A DNA stretch of 62,305 nt from a bacterium (GCA_044868695.1 JBIOWP010000115.1:1-62305), one strand, 5' to 3'. Positions 1 to 8,846 are shown, counted from the first letter of the stretch. Program-made: numbers and translations. The notes: a model not told the origin generated them from the letters alone.

Positions 1-71
1 TTCATGACTCTGCGGAAACGAAGGTGTCAATTCGCGTAGAATCTGTGAACGTCCTTCGGTTGATGACAGCA

Positions 72-1439
72 CTACTCGCCGGGACCGATGTGCGTCGTGA
101 CCGGGAGGACGACCGAGAAGCGAGACCCCCTGCCGGGGGCACTGTCGACTTCGATCGTGCCGCCGTGCTGCTCGGCAACCCAGCGGGCGATCGCCAGCCC
201 GAGGCCGGTGCCGGTGACGCCGCCCGCGTTCTTGCCGCGATAGAAGCGGTCAAAGATGTGGGGGAGATCGCCGGAGTCGATGCCGGATCCCGTGTCGGAC
301 ACTGAGAGACGGACGCGGCCGTCTTCTATCGCCGCCTCCACCCGCACCTCGCCGGGCGGCCGTGTGTACTTGCAGGCGTTGTCCACCAGGATCAATAGGA
401 GCTGTTTCAGATAGTCCGGGTGGCCCTCGATCACGGCGCCTCCGACGGCGTCGGCGACCGCGCTCGTGAACTGAATGCCTTCCGCCATCGTTTGCGCCTG
501 GCGGCAGACATCGCCGACCACCTCGCCGAGGAGCATCGGTATGCGTGTGATTTGGGCGCCCGCGTCTGCGCGCCCAAGCACCAGCAGCTGCGTGATCAGC
601 CGCGCCATCCGTCCAGCCTCGCCGCGAATGTCCGCGAGCGCCTGGGCGGAGAATGCCGGATCGTTGGGACCGACCCGTGCCAGCAGATCGAGGTTACTGG
701 TGATCAGGGTCAGCGGCGTGCGGAGCTCATGCGCGTAGTCAGCGAGAAACTGGCGGAGTCGCTGGTTGGACTCGTCGAGCTGCCGGTACGCGCGCTCGAG
801 TTCGCCGAGCATCGTATTGAACGTTCCGGCGAGCCGGCCGAGCTCGTCCGGCGGCCCGGCGTAGGCGACACGCTGGCCCAGGTCCCGGCCGCGTGTCACG
901 GATTCTGCGGCCGCGGCTACCCGTTCCACCGGCCGCAGCGCCGCTCTGGCGACGATCCACCCCGCCCCGGCGGCGAGGAGCAGCGCGGCGCCGACGACGC
1001 CGGTGAGCAGGCGCCGCAGCTGCCGCAGGGCGCCGTAAATGGTGACCGGCGAGCGGGCCACGATGATGGTGGCGTTGCCGGGAAGCGGTGCGGCGGTGAG
1101 GAACAGCGGGCGGCCGCCGACGCGATGCTCGACGACCTGGCCCGCGCGCATGCGATCGTCCAGGGGCAGCACGCGGTCACCGAGATTGCCTGATCCAGCC
1201 AGCGGCACGCCTCGAGGATCGACGATCTGCAGGAAGACGTCAGGCGCGGCAAAGACGTCGAGTTGGTAGGGTGGCTGCGGCCGGCTGGCGGAATAGGCCG
1301 CGGCCCGGCGTTCGACGTCTCGCTCTATCTCCGTCAGCAGGCCGTGACGGAGCAGCTTATACGTCGCCGCGCCCGCCAGGGCCAGAGTACAGCCGACCAG
1401 CAGCGTCACCAACAGCGCGAGCCGCGTCCGAATGTACAC
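72..1439 (-). CDS. HAMP-domain sensor histidine kinase
   Basis: Two TM helices, HAMP (DELGRLAGTFNTML), H-box AHELRTPL, N-box LVDNACKY, G-boxes DTGSGI/GTGLGL. Confidence 0.95.
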   Translation of the reverse strand: MYIRTRLALLVTLLVGCTLALAGAATYKLLRHGLLTEIERDVERRAAAYSASRPQPPYQLDVFAAPDVFLQIVDPRGVPLAGSGNLGDRVLPLDDRMRAGQVVEHRVGGRPLFLTAAPLPGNATIIVARSPVTIYGALRQLRRLLTGVVGAALLLAAGAGWIVARAALRPVERVAAAAESVTRGRDLGQRVAYAGPPDELGRLAGTFNTMLGELERAYRQLDESNQRLRQFLADYAHELRTPLTLITSNLDLLARVGPNDPAFSAQALADIRGEAGRMARLITQLLVLGRADAGAQITRIPMLLGEVVGDVCRQAQTMAEGIQFTSAVADAVGGAVIEGHPDYLKQLLLILVDNACKYTRPPGEVRVEAAIEDGRVRLSVSDTGSGIDSGDLPHIFDRFYRGKNAGGVTGTGLGLAIARWVAEQHGGTIEVDSAPGRGSRFSVVLPVTTHIGPGE

Positions 1440-1440
1440 G

Positions 1441-2100
1441 CTACGCCTTCAGCACGTATCCGACGCCGCGCACGGTCTGGATCACCCAAGGTTCGCCGAG
1501 CTTTTCGCGGAGGTAGCCGACATACACGTCGACGACCTTTGTATCGCCGCTGAACACATACCCCCAGACCGATTGAAGGAGCGCGTCCCGCGTCAGCACC
1601 TGGCGGGGATGACGAAGGAAGTGTCCCAGCAGGTCGAACTCGCGCGCGGTCAGCGTCACGGCCCGGCCCGCCCGCGTGACTTCCCGAGAGCCCATCTCGC
1701 AGGTGATGTCAGCAAACGTCAAACGCTCCGGCGTGCCTGCCGGCCGGCGGCGCATCACCGCCCGCACGCGGGCAATGAGCTCATCGAACGCAAACGGCTT
1801 GCTGAGGTAGTCATCGGCACCAAGGTCGAGGGCGAGGACCTTGTCTTCGACGTCATCTCTGGCGGTGAGCATGATCACCGGGACGTCGAGGTGCGTGCGC
1901 AGCCGCCGGCAGACATCGAAGCCGTTCACGTCGGGCATCCCGATGTCGAGCACGACGACGTCTGGGGGCTCCGCTCGCGCCAGTGCGAGGCCCTGCGCTC
2001 CCAGGGTGGCGACCCGCACGTCGAATCCCTCGTGCCGGAATCCGCGGTCGAGCAGGGAAAGCAGCTTGCGATCGTCGTCGACGAGCAGGATGCGTGGCAC
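1441..2100 (-). CDS. OmpR/MprA-family response regulator
   Basis: Receiver RILLVDDD...LDIGMP...KPF and winged helix ending QTVRGVGY; GTG at 2100 chosen as start (ORF track extends to 2175). Confidence 0.93.
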   Translation of the reverse strand: MPRILLVDDDRKLLSLLDRGFRHEGFDVRVATLGAQGLALARAEPPDVVVLDIGMPDVNGFDVCRRLRTHLDVPVIMLTARDDVEDKVLALDLGADDYLSKPFAFDELIARVRAVMRRRPAGTPERLTFADITCEMGSREVTRAGRAVTLTAREFDLLGHFLRHPRQVLTRDALLQSVWGYVFSGDTKVVDVYVGYLREKLGEPWVIQTVRGVGYVLKA

Positions 2101-2165
2101 CGCACTGTACAGCTTTGCGACCCGAGGGGAGGAGTCCCCTGCTCTTCGAAGAATCCAAGCAGCGT

Positions 2166-3074
2166 ATGTCCGCACGAACGACCGCCGCCCTGGCCCTGAC
2201 CGCGGTGGCCGCTCTTGTTGTGACGGCGTGCCAGCCGACCGTCAGCGTCTCCCGGGCCGGGATCGATCTGCAGTCCGAGCTGCCGCTCGCTCCGAAGGAT
2301 CCGCCGCTGCTGCCGGCGGACGCGCGCGGAGTGCCGATCCGTCCCTCCGCAGCGGAAGGATCACGGGTCTTCGCCAGAGCACAGTGCGTCGTCTGCCACG
2401 GCCCGCTGGGGTTGGGTGACGGGCCCGCGGCAGCCAACCTCAGGTCGCCGGGCAAGAACCTGCTCGTGGATTTCCTGGCGCTGCTTGGGATCCGGGCGAG
2501 AGGCGAGCAACTGCCCAGCCGGCCGGCCAACTTCCACAACGTGGTCGCGATGCGCCTCAACAGCCCGTTCAGCATGTACGAGACGGTCACCCGCGGTCGG
2601 CCGCATACGGCGATGCCGGCATTCGGGCCCAAACCGGCCTATGGGGCGGCGACCTTCGGGGTCCGGCTGACCGACGCGGAGCGGTGGCATGTGATCTTCT
2701 TCGAGTGGGCGTTTGCCACCACACCGCAGGAGGTCGCGCGCGGTCGGCAGATCTACGAGTCGCGCGCGATCGACGTCGGCGGGCGCGCCCTCACCTGCGC
2801 CTCGTGCCACGGGGTGAACGGTGACGGCCGCGGGCCGCAGGGGGCGGAGCTGTCCGGCAAGTTGTGGGCCTGGGCGAGGGGGCTGGGCCCGGGGGTCTTT
2901 ACCGACTTCAACCTCATGGCCCAGCGCAAGCCGACCGAGATGTTCCAGTCGATCGTGGACGGCCGCGGCGAGATGCCAGCCTACCGGGACAAGCTGACGG
3001 AAGACGAGATGTGGGCGCTGGTGAACTACATCTTTACATTCATGTACGAGTACCCGGCAGCGCCGGGCCGATGA
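2166..3074 (+). CDS. Di-heme c-type cytochrome lipoprotein, probable cytochrome c1 equivalent
   Basis: Lipoprotein signal ending VVTAC; CxxCH motifs CVVCH and CASCH, each followed by an MPA Met ligand; ATG at 2166. Confidence 0.88.
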   Translation: MSARTTAALALTAVAALVVTACQPTVSVSRAGIDLQSELPLAPKDPPLLPADARGVPIRPSAAEGSRVFARAQCVVCHGPLGLGDGPAAANLRSPGKNLLVDFLALLGIRARGEQLPSRPANFHNVVAMRLNSPFSMYETVTRGRPHTAMPAFGPKPAYGAATFGVRLTDAERWHVIFFEWAFATTPQEVARGRQIYESRAIDVGGRALTCASCHGVNGDGRGPQGAELSGKLWAWARGLGPGVFTDFNLMAQRKPTEMFQSIVDGRGEMPAYRDKLTEDEMWALVNYIFTFMYEYPAAPGR

Positions 3075-3075
3075 C

Positions 3076-3110
3076 GGAAACCCGGAAGCACGGAAACGGG
3101 AAAACGCGAC
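3076..3110. repeat. Degenerate 8-mer tandem repeat (ACGGAAAC-like)
   Basis: acggaaac ccggaagc acggaaac gggaaaac. Confidence 0.55.
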
Positions 3111-3147
3111 ACCACCGCGACCAAATTACTATAATGAAAGTACGTGC

Positions 3148-3840
3148 ATGGACGCTCAAACGCCGCAGGACATAGGACGCCGGAAGTTCCTCAAGCTGGC
3201 GGCGACGGTGCCGGCGCTGGGAGCGGCAGTGGCCCTGATCTCGCCGCTGTTGCGCTTTCTGAAGCCCAACGTCGAGAGGTTCAAGATCTACGCGCCGACG
3301 GTACTGGACACGCCCCGCGGGGAGCCGATTGCGGTGGCCACGCTCCGCGAGGTGGCCAACCCCTGGGACTTCAAGTACTTCGTGTTTACCCAGAAGTACC
3401 CGCAGTACACGCCGGAAGGATTCAAGGCCGCGAGCGTGCCCGGCGTGGTCGTGCGCCTGCCGTACAAGATCGCGCTGTACGATCCGGCGACAGGACGCGG
3501 CCCGCTGCGCTGGGCCCGCGACATCGGGAAGACGCCCCAGGTGACGGAGAGCGACCTGATTATCTTCTCGCGGATCTGCCCGCATCTGGGCTGCATCTAC
3601 AACTACGTGGCGAACTACAAGGAAGTGACCGCCGGGTACGGGGGGTACCTGCCGCCGCCGCCGCGCCAGCATGCCCTGATGGCCTGCCCGTGCCACCTCA
3701 GCATCTACGATCCGGCCGACCGCGACACCCCCGGCCGCGTCCTCTCCGGCCCCGCGCCGCGGCCTCCCCGGACCTTCCTCTTTGAGATCCGGGGCGAGAG
3801 TATCGTGGTGACCGACGTCGAAGCGGGAGGCATCGCCTAG
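3148..3840 (+). CDS. Rieske [2Fe-2S] subunit of Rieske/cytochrome b complex
   Basis: Tat motif GRRKFLK plus TM anchor; boxes CPHLGC and CPCHLSIY; C-terminal GPAPRP. Confidence 0.95.
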   Translation: MDAQTPQDIGRRKFLKLAATVPALGAAVALISPLLRFLKPNVERFKIYAPTVLDTPRGEPIAVATLREVANPWDFKYFVFTQKYPQYTPEGFKAASVPGVVVRLPYKIALYDPATGRGPLRWARDIGKTPQVTESDLIIFSRICPHLGCIYNYVANYKEVTAGYGGYLPPPPRQHALMACPCHLSIYDPADRDTPGRVLSGPAPRPPRTFLFEIRGESIVVTDVEAGGIA

Positions 3841-3845
3841 CATCG

Positions 3846-5030
3846 ATGCTCGAGCAAGTCCGCGAGTGGCTTCGAGAGCGCCGGCAGAAGCTGGACCTGT
3901 TCGACGAAACGCTGGTGGCCCGTCAGGACAACCCCCTCTACTTGATGGGGCCCATGCTCTACTACTTCTGGCTGCTCACCGTGGCCACCGGCATCGTCTT
4001 GATGCTGTGGTATGAGCCCACGACCACCGGCGCGTACACCTCGATCGAACGGATCCAGAACGACGTGGGACGGCTCGGAATCTCGTTCCTGGGCCGCCCG
4101 CTCGTGCTGGGGGGGTTGATCCGCGGCCTGCACAAGTACGGGGCGGACGCGCTGATCACCGTCATCTTCCTGCGCCTCTACCGGATGTACTTCCTGGGGG
4201 AGTACAAAAAGCCCGGTGAACTGTCCTGGATGCTGGCGTTTCTCGGACTGATCCTGGGGATGGTGTCCGGGATCACCGGGTACCTGCTCATCTGGAACCA
4301 GCGGGCGTTCTGGGCGGCGAAGGTCGTGCTGACGGTGCCGGTCTACTTCGACGAGATTCCCATCCTGGGACCGCTGAAGTTCGGCTCGATGATCGCCTTC
4401 CTGTTCCTGGGCGGGCCGGCGGTGGGGCAGGCCACCATCACACGGTTCTACGCCATCCATTTCGGCATCTCGCTGCTGCTGCTCATCCTGGTCGAAGTCC
4501 TATTCTTCCGCATGCGCCGGAAGCGCATGAACATGTCGCTGTTTCCGATCGCGCTGTTCACGGCCATGCTGATTATCATCTCGATCATCCTGCCGGCGGA
4601 AAGCGGGCGGCGCGCCGATCCCACCCGCACCCCGCTGCCGATCCTTTCAGACTGGTACTTCCTGGCGCTCTATCAGTACGTCAAGTACACGCCGCCGCTG
4701 TGGGCGGGTCTGGGTCCGGGACTGCTGATCGGATTCGGGATGCTGGTGCCGTTCCTGGACCGGAGTAGGGGTCGGCGGCCCCTGGAGCGGCCGTTCTTTA
4801 CCGTCGTCGGGGCGCTGGCGGTCGTCTACTTCCTTGTGTTCACGGCGCTGATCCTGTTCAACATCGCCGTCATCGAGCGAGACCCGTTCGTGATCATGCT
4901 GGTCACGCTGGTCGTGCTCGCGCTCGGGCTGATGTGGGAACTGCGGTACCGCAGGAAACAACGCCACCTCGCCGCCGCGGGTCCCCCCGCGAAGGCGCTG
5001 GCCGGGGCGGAGCGGCCGGCCCACGGATAG
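3846..5030 (+). CDS. Cytochrome b paralog 1 (b plus subunit IV fused); heme bL ligands only, Qo-like SDWY
   Basis: GGLIRGLH(96), TRFYAIH(205), GYLLIWNQ, ADPTRTPLPILSDWYF; bH His positions are Arg110 and Leu219/Phe220. Confidence 0.93.
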   Translation: MLEQVREWLRERRQKLDLFDETLVARQDNPLYLMGPMLYYFWLLTVATGIVLMLWYEPTTTGAYTSIERIQNDVGRLGISFLGRPLVLGGLIRGLHKYGADALITVIFLRLYRMYFLGEYKKPGELSWMLAFLGLILGMVSGITGYLLIWNQRAFWAAKVVLTVPVYFDEIPILGPLKFGSMIAFLFLGGPAVGQATITRFYAIHFGISLLLLILVEVLFFRMRRKRMNMSLFPIALFTAMLIIISIILPAESGRRADPTRTPLPILSDWYFLALYQYVKYTPPLWAGLGPGLLIGFGMLVPFLDRSRGRRPLERPFFTVVGALAVVYFLVFTALILFNIAVIERDPFVIMLVTLVVLALGLMWELRYRRKQRHLAAAGPPAKALAGAERPAHG

Positions 5031-5039
5031 GCCGCCGCC

Positions 5040-5288
5040 GTGAGGCAGATCAGCTTTCTCGCCGTATTTTTCCTGGCGATGTGGGCCATGTCGGCCGGCT
5101 GGGCGGCGATCCGGGCGACCTGGCAGGCGCCGGATATCGCGGGAGTCATCGAGATACTGGCATATGTCGCAGTGCTCGCCGCGTCGCTATTCTACCTCGG
5201 GTTCTGGATTTACGCCTGGGATCGGGCTGCCGGGCGCGTACGACGAACCATCGGGATCTACGAACGGTTTTTGAGGGGCAAATCGTGA
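5040..5288 (+). CDS. Small two-TM membrane protein, putative complex subunit
   Basis: 82 aa with two hydrophobic helices, 9 nt after the cytochrome b stop. Confidence 0.7.
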   Translation: MRQISFLAVFFLAMWAMSAGWAAIRATWQAPDIAGVIEILAYVAVLAASLFYLGFWIYAWDRAAGRVRRTIGIYERFLRGKS

Positions 5289-5295
5289 TGAGGAT

Positions 5296-5375
5296 GGGAC
5301 CAGGGACCCGGGACCAGGGACCCGAACAGATACCGTCGGTCTTATTCTGGTCCCAGGTCCCCGGTCCCAGGTCCC
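5296..5375. repeat. Palindromic heptamer tandem-repeat hairpin (GGGACCM x4 / NGGTCCC x4)
   Basis: gggacca gggaccc gggacca gggaccc ... tggtccc aggtccc cggtccc aggtccc. Confidence 0.9.
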
Positions 5376-5394
5376 GTAGTCCGGAGGGTTGACC

Positions 5395-5595
5395 GTGCGT
5401 TCCATCTATGCCGCAGGCATTGTGCTCCTCAGCGGGCTGTCGCTGCTGTTCGCAGCCGGCATCCTCTACGGCGAGGCGACCGACCGGTGGTCGCTCGGCG
5501 GCGGCTTGGTCGGAGCGCTGTTGATCGCGTACTCGGTGATCGTGCTCCTCCTGCGCAAGATGGGCTTCGTCGGCCCGCGGAAGGCTGAGCGATGA
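5395..5595 (+). CDS. Small two-TM membrane protein, putative complex subunit
   Basis: GGAGGG RBS at 5383-5388, GTG at 5395, two hydrophobic helices, stop overlaps the next ATG (ATGA). Confidence 0.72.
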   Translation: MRSIYAAGIVLLSGLSLLFAAGILYGEATDRWSLGGGLVGALLIAYSVIVLLLRKMGFVGPRKAER

Positions 5596-6794
5596 GCACC
5601 GCCGCCGCACCCGAATCCCTGGCGCGCCGGTACGCCCGGCTGATGACGACGCTGCTGCGCGGCACGCTAAAGTTGGACGTCTGGATCGGGAAGATCTACC
5701 CGACCGACTTCAATCCCCTCTACTACACTGGCGGCCTGTCCAACCTGTTCCTGCTCGTCCTGGTCTTGTCGGGTATCTTCCTGTTCTTCTACTATGAGGC
5801 GAGCTTGAGCAGCGCGTTCGCCTCGGTCCGCTATCTGACCGAAGGCGTCCCGTACGGCGGTGTCATCCGCGGTGTCCACCGGTATTCCGCCGACGGATTC
5901 ATCGTGGCCATCCTCCTGCACCTCTTCCGCAACTGGTTTACTGACCGCCATCTCTTCTCGCGCGATAACCCGTGGATCTCGGGAATGTTCCTGCTGCTGT
6001 TCGCCGGGTTCATCGGGTTCACCGGCTATCAGCTGGTCTGGGACGAGCGGGCGCAGCTGCTGACCGCGATGTTTGTGGCCATGCTGCGCAGCTTCCCTGC
6101 CGTGGGTGACGCGCTGGCGCGGTTGTTCCTGGGGGGAGCCGGCGTGGGGGAGACCACGCTGGTCCGCGTGCTCTTCTTGCACATCGGTCCGGCGTCCGCG
6201 CTGTACGCCCTGCTGTGGTGGCACTACCTCCGGCTGCGCCACCCCAAGATCTGGCCGCCGGGGGTGTGGGTACTGGGCTGCGTGGGGCTGGTGTTCCTGC
6301 TGGCGGGGGTGATCCCCGTGAGCAACGACGCCATTCCCCCGGCGTCGCCGGCCGCGCGCCCTTCCGGTTTTCCGATGGACGTCTTCTTCATGCTGCCGTT
6401 CTGGCTGTTGAACGTCTTCTCACCCGGAGCGGTCGTGTTCCTCTCGGTGCTGTTGTTCACCGGCGGACTGGCGGTCCCGTACTTCAGCCGCAGAGAGACC
6501 CCACAGGAGATGGACGTGCGACATGCCGGCGTGGCGCAGGTCATCGATGGCAACTGCACCGGCTGCGAGTTGTGCTACTTCGACTGCCCGTACAATGCCA
6601 TCGTCATGGTGCCGTCTCCCGGTCCGGGGTTGAGCAAGGCGGCGGCGAATCGCACGCTGCTGGCCGTGGTGGTGGAGTCCCGGTGCGTGGAGTGCGGGAT
6701 TTGTATCGGCGCGTGCCCGTTTGAGGCGCTGGAACTGCCGAAATTCCTGGAGCGGGATGTCCTCCGGCAGGTGAGCCAGGCGGTGCAGGCGTGA
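5592..6794 (+). CDS. Cytochrome b paralog 2 fused to C-terminal 2x[4Fe-4S] ferredoxin domain
   Basis: All four heme His (96, 110, 197, 211); PEWY position reads PMDVFF; CTGCELCYFDCP and CVECGICIGACP. Confidence 0.93.
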   Translation: MSTAAAPESLARRYARLMTTLLRGTLKLDVWIGKIYPTDFNPLYYTGGLSNLFLLVLVLSGIFLFFYYEASLSSAFASVRYLTEGVPYGGVIRGVHRYSADGFIVAILLHLFRNWFTDRHLFSRDNPWISGMFLLLFAGFIGFTGYQLVWDERAQLLTAMFVAMLRSFPAVGDALARLFLGGAGVGETTLVRVLFLHIGPASALYALLWWHYLRLRHPKIWPPGVWVLGCVGLVFLLAGVIPVSNDAIPPASPAARPSGFPMDVFFMLPFWLLNVFSPGAVVFLSVLLFTGGLAVPYFSRRETPQEMDVRHAGVAQVIDGNCTGCELCYFDCPYNAIVMVPSPGPGLSKAAANRTLLAVVVESRCVECGICIGACPFEALELPKFLERDVLRQVSQAVQA

Positions 6795-7249
6795 GCCGAA
6801 TTCCCAACGTGGTCGGGTTCATCTGCGACTGGAGCGTGGATCTGAAACCCCTCCTGGAGGCCGGCCGCCTGCGCGACCTCCCCCATGTCCGCATCATCCG
6901 GGTGCCGTGCTCGGGCTTCGTGCGTCCCTCCTGGCTGGAGGAGGCGCTCAATCGAGGCGCCGACGGTGTGTTTGTCACGGGCTGCCCGTACGGAGATTGT
7001 CTCAATCGCGAGGGGAACTTCCTGATGCGGGATCGCGTCGACCAGCTGACGCGCCGGCTGCAGCGCAGAAAGGTGGATCCGGCCCGGCTCGGGATGCTGG
7101 CGTTTGGGCTCCACGAGGGGGAGGCCTTCCTGGCCGAGGTCAGGGGGTTTGTCGACCGGATCGCGGCCCTGCCGCCGGCGCCGGCGCGGGCGGCGGCGCG
7201 TCCCGTCGCGGTCGTGCAGCCGGCCGGCGCGCCGGAGGGCGAACGCTGA
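6791..7249 (+). CDS. MvhD/FlpD-family [2Fe-2S] protein
   Basis: FICDWS, RVPCSG, GADGVFVTGCPYGDC...EGN; four Cys ligands; overlaps the upstream stop. Confidence 0.9.
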   Translation: MSRIPNVVGFICDWSVDLKPLLEAGRLRDLPHVRIIRVPCSGFVRPSWLEEALNRGADGVFVTGCPYGDCLNREGNFLMRDRVDQLTRRLQRRKVDPARLGMLAFGLHEGEAFLAEVRGFVDRIAALPPAPARAAARPVAVVQPAGAPEGER

Positions 7250-7356
7250 TGACGCCGCGCCCGCTGCGGGTCCACCTCGCCTACCTGCTCTTCTACGTCC
7301 TCTGGTTTTTGCTGCTCACATTCATCGCGTCGTTCGGGCTGATTGCAGAAGCCTAA
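7249..7356 (+). CDS. 35-aa single-TM peptide, putative small subunit
   Basis: TGATG coupling to the MvhD-like gene; MTPRPLRVHLAYLLFYVLWFLLLTFIASFGLIAEA. Confidence 0.6.
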   Translation: MTPRPLRVHLAYLLFYVLWFLLLTFIASFGLIAEA

Positions 7357-7411
7357 CGCGCTTGCTATTCTATGAAGGGTTTCCACTTCATCATCCATCA
7401 GGGAGGGCGCA

Positions 7412-7795
7412 ATGCAGAGACGGGTTGGGTTGGGAACGGTGATCCTGCTCGCGGCCGTGGTCGCCGCCGCATGTGGTGGGGGCGGCCAGCAGGGAGGCGG
7501 TCAGCCGGGCGGGACGGCCCCGGGGTCGGGGATCACCGTGTCTGAGAAGGAGTGGTCGATCGAATTCCCCAGCAAGACGCTGAAGGCGGGAACGGTCAAG
7601 CTGATGGTAAAGAATGACGGGACGATCGAACATAACTTCATCATCGAGGAGGCGAACGTCGAAGTCGACGCCATCCAGCCCGGGTCGTCCAAGGAAGTCA
7701 CCGTCACCTTGAAACCTGGGACCTACACAGTGCTCTGCAACATCGCAGGACACCTGGAAGCAGGGATGAAGACGACCATCACCGTCAGCGAGTAG
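7412..7795 (+). CDS. Cupredoxin (type-1 blue copper) lipoprotein
   Basis: Lipobox VVAAAC; copper ligands EHNF and CNIAGHLEAGM. Confidence 0.88.
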   Translation: MQRRVGLGTVILLAAVVAAACGGGGQQGGGQPGGTAPGSGITVSEKEWSIEFPSKTLKAGTVKLMVKNDGTIEHNFIIEEANVEVDAIQPGSSKEVTVTLKPGTYTVLCNIAGHLEAGMKTTITVSE

Positions 7796-7877
7796 GCGCC
7801 GTTCGGACGGGGTGCCCTCCGACCCGCGGCGCGCGGGTCCGGAGGGCGCCGCTGTTTCCTCTCGAACCCCCTAACGC

Positions 7878-8846
7878 ATGGACCTGACCGCCATCTACGC
7901 ACCTGTGCAGGGCGACCTCGACCGTTTGTCGGCGCTGCTGGAGCAGGAACTGGCGGCCGATGACCCCTTCGTCACCGAGCTGGTCCGCCATGTCCTGAGC
8001 ACGCGCGGAAAAATGATCCGGCCGGCGCTGGTCTGCCTGGCTGCCCAGGCCAGTGGGGGCGCGGGCGAGGCCCGGTTGTGGCTGGCGGAGGCCGTCGAGC
8101 TGATCCACGTCGCCTCGCTGATCCATGACGACATCGTCGACCAATCGGAGGTCCGCCGCGGGGTGGCCACGGTCAACGTCCAGTGGGGGAACCAGATTGC
8201 CGTCCTGCTGGGCGACTATCTCTTCGCGAAGGCCTTTGATCTGCTCAGCCGCATCCGCCACCCCGAAGTGGCCCCGACGCTTGCTGTGGCGACAGTCAAG
8301 ATGAGCCAGGCGGAGATCATGCAGATCAAGCATGGGGAGGAACCGCACGATGACGAGGAGACGTATTTTCGCATCATCGCCGGCAAGACGGCCCACCTGT
8401 TCTCCGCCGCCTGCCGCGCCGGCGGCCTGGTCGCAGGGAACGATGCGGCCGCGGAGGGGCTGGGAGCGTTTGGTCTCAACTGGGGGATGGCCTTCCAGAT
8501 CACCGATGATGCCCTGGATCTCACCAGCCGCGAGGACACGCTGGGCAAGCCGATCTACAGCGACATCCAGACCGGCAAGACGACTCTGCCCGTGATCCGC
8601 GCGCTGCACGAGGCGACGGCTTCGGATCGGGCGCGCCTGCTCAGCGCCCTCACGGGTTCAGCGCGCGACGGACAGGTCGAGGAGGTTCGAACCCTTCTGC
8701 AGCGCTACGGGGGCGTCGACTACGCGCTGGACGTGGCCGCGCGCTATTCCCGCCGGGCGGCCGATGCCCTCGACCCGCTCCCCCGTGGTCCGGCCCGAGA
8801 CAGCCTGCTGGCGCTCACCGAGTTTGTCGTCGTACGATCGCGCTGA
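7878..8846 (+). CDS. Polyprenyl diphosphate synthase (HepT/IspB-like)
   Basis: GKMIRP, LIHDDIVD, FQITDDALD, GKTTLP. Confidence 0.93.
   Translation: MDLTAIYAPVQGDLDRLSALLEQELAADDPFVTELVRHVLSTRGKMIRPALVCLAAQASGGAGEARLWLAEAVELIHVASLIHDDIVDQSEVRRGVATVNVQWGNQIAVLLGDYLFAKAFDLLSRIRHPEVAPTLAVATVKMSQAEIMQIKHGEEPHDDEETYFRIIAGKTAHLFSAACRAGGLVAGNDAAAEGLGAFGLNWGMAFQITDDALDLTSREDTLGKPIYSDIQTGKTTLPVIRALHEATASDRARLLSALTGSARDGQVEEVRTLLQRYGGVDYALDVAARYSRRAADALDPLPRGPARDSLLALTEFVVVRSR

Noticed and set aside
3846-5030. Cytochrome b paralog 1 as a pseudogene, or a heme ci-containing b6
   Set aside because: The ORF is intact and its losses are confined to the bH site. Neither paralog has the heme ci Cys (YLMGP, YYTGG versus YCLGG).
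6791-7249. Hydrogenase or heterodisulfide reductase locus
   Set aside because: Only the MvhD-like subunit is present; no NiFe, maturation or HdrABC genes in the window.
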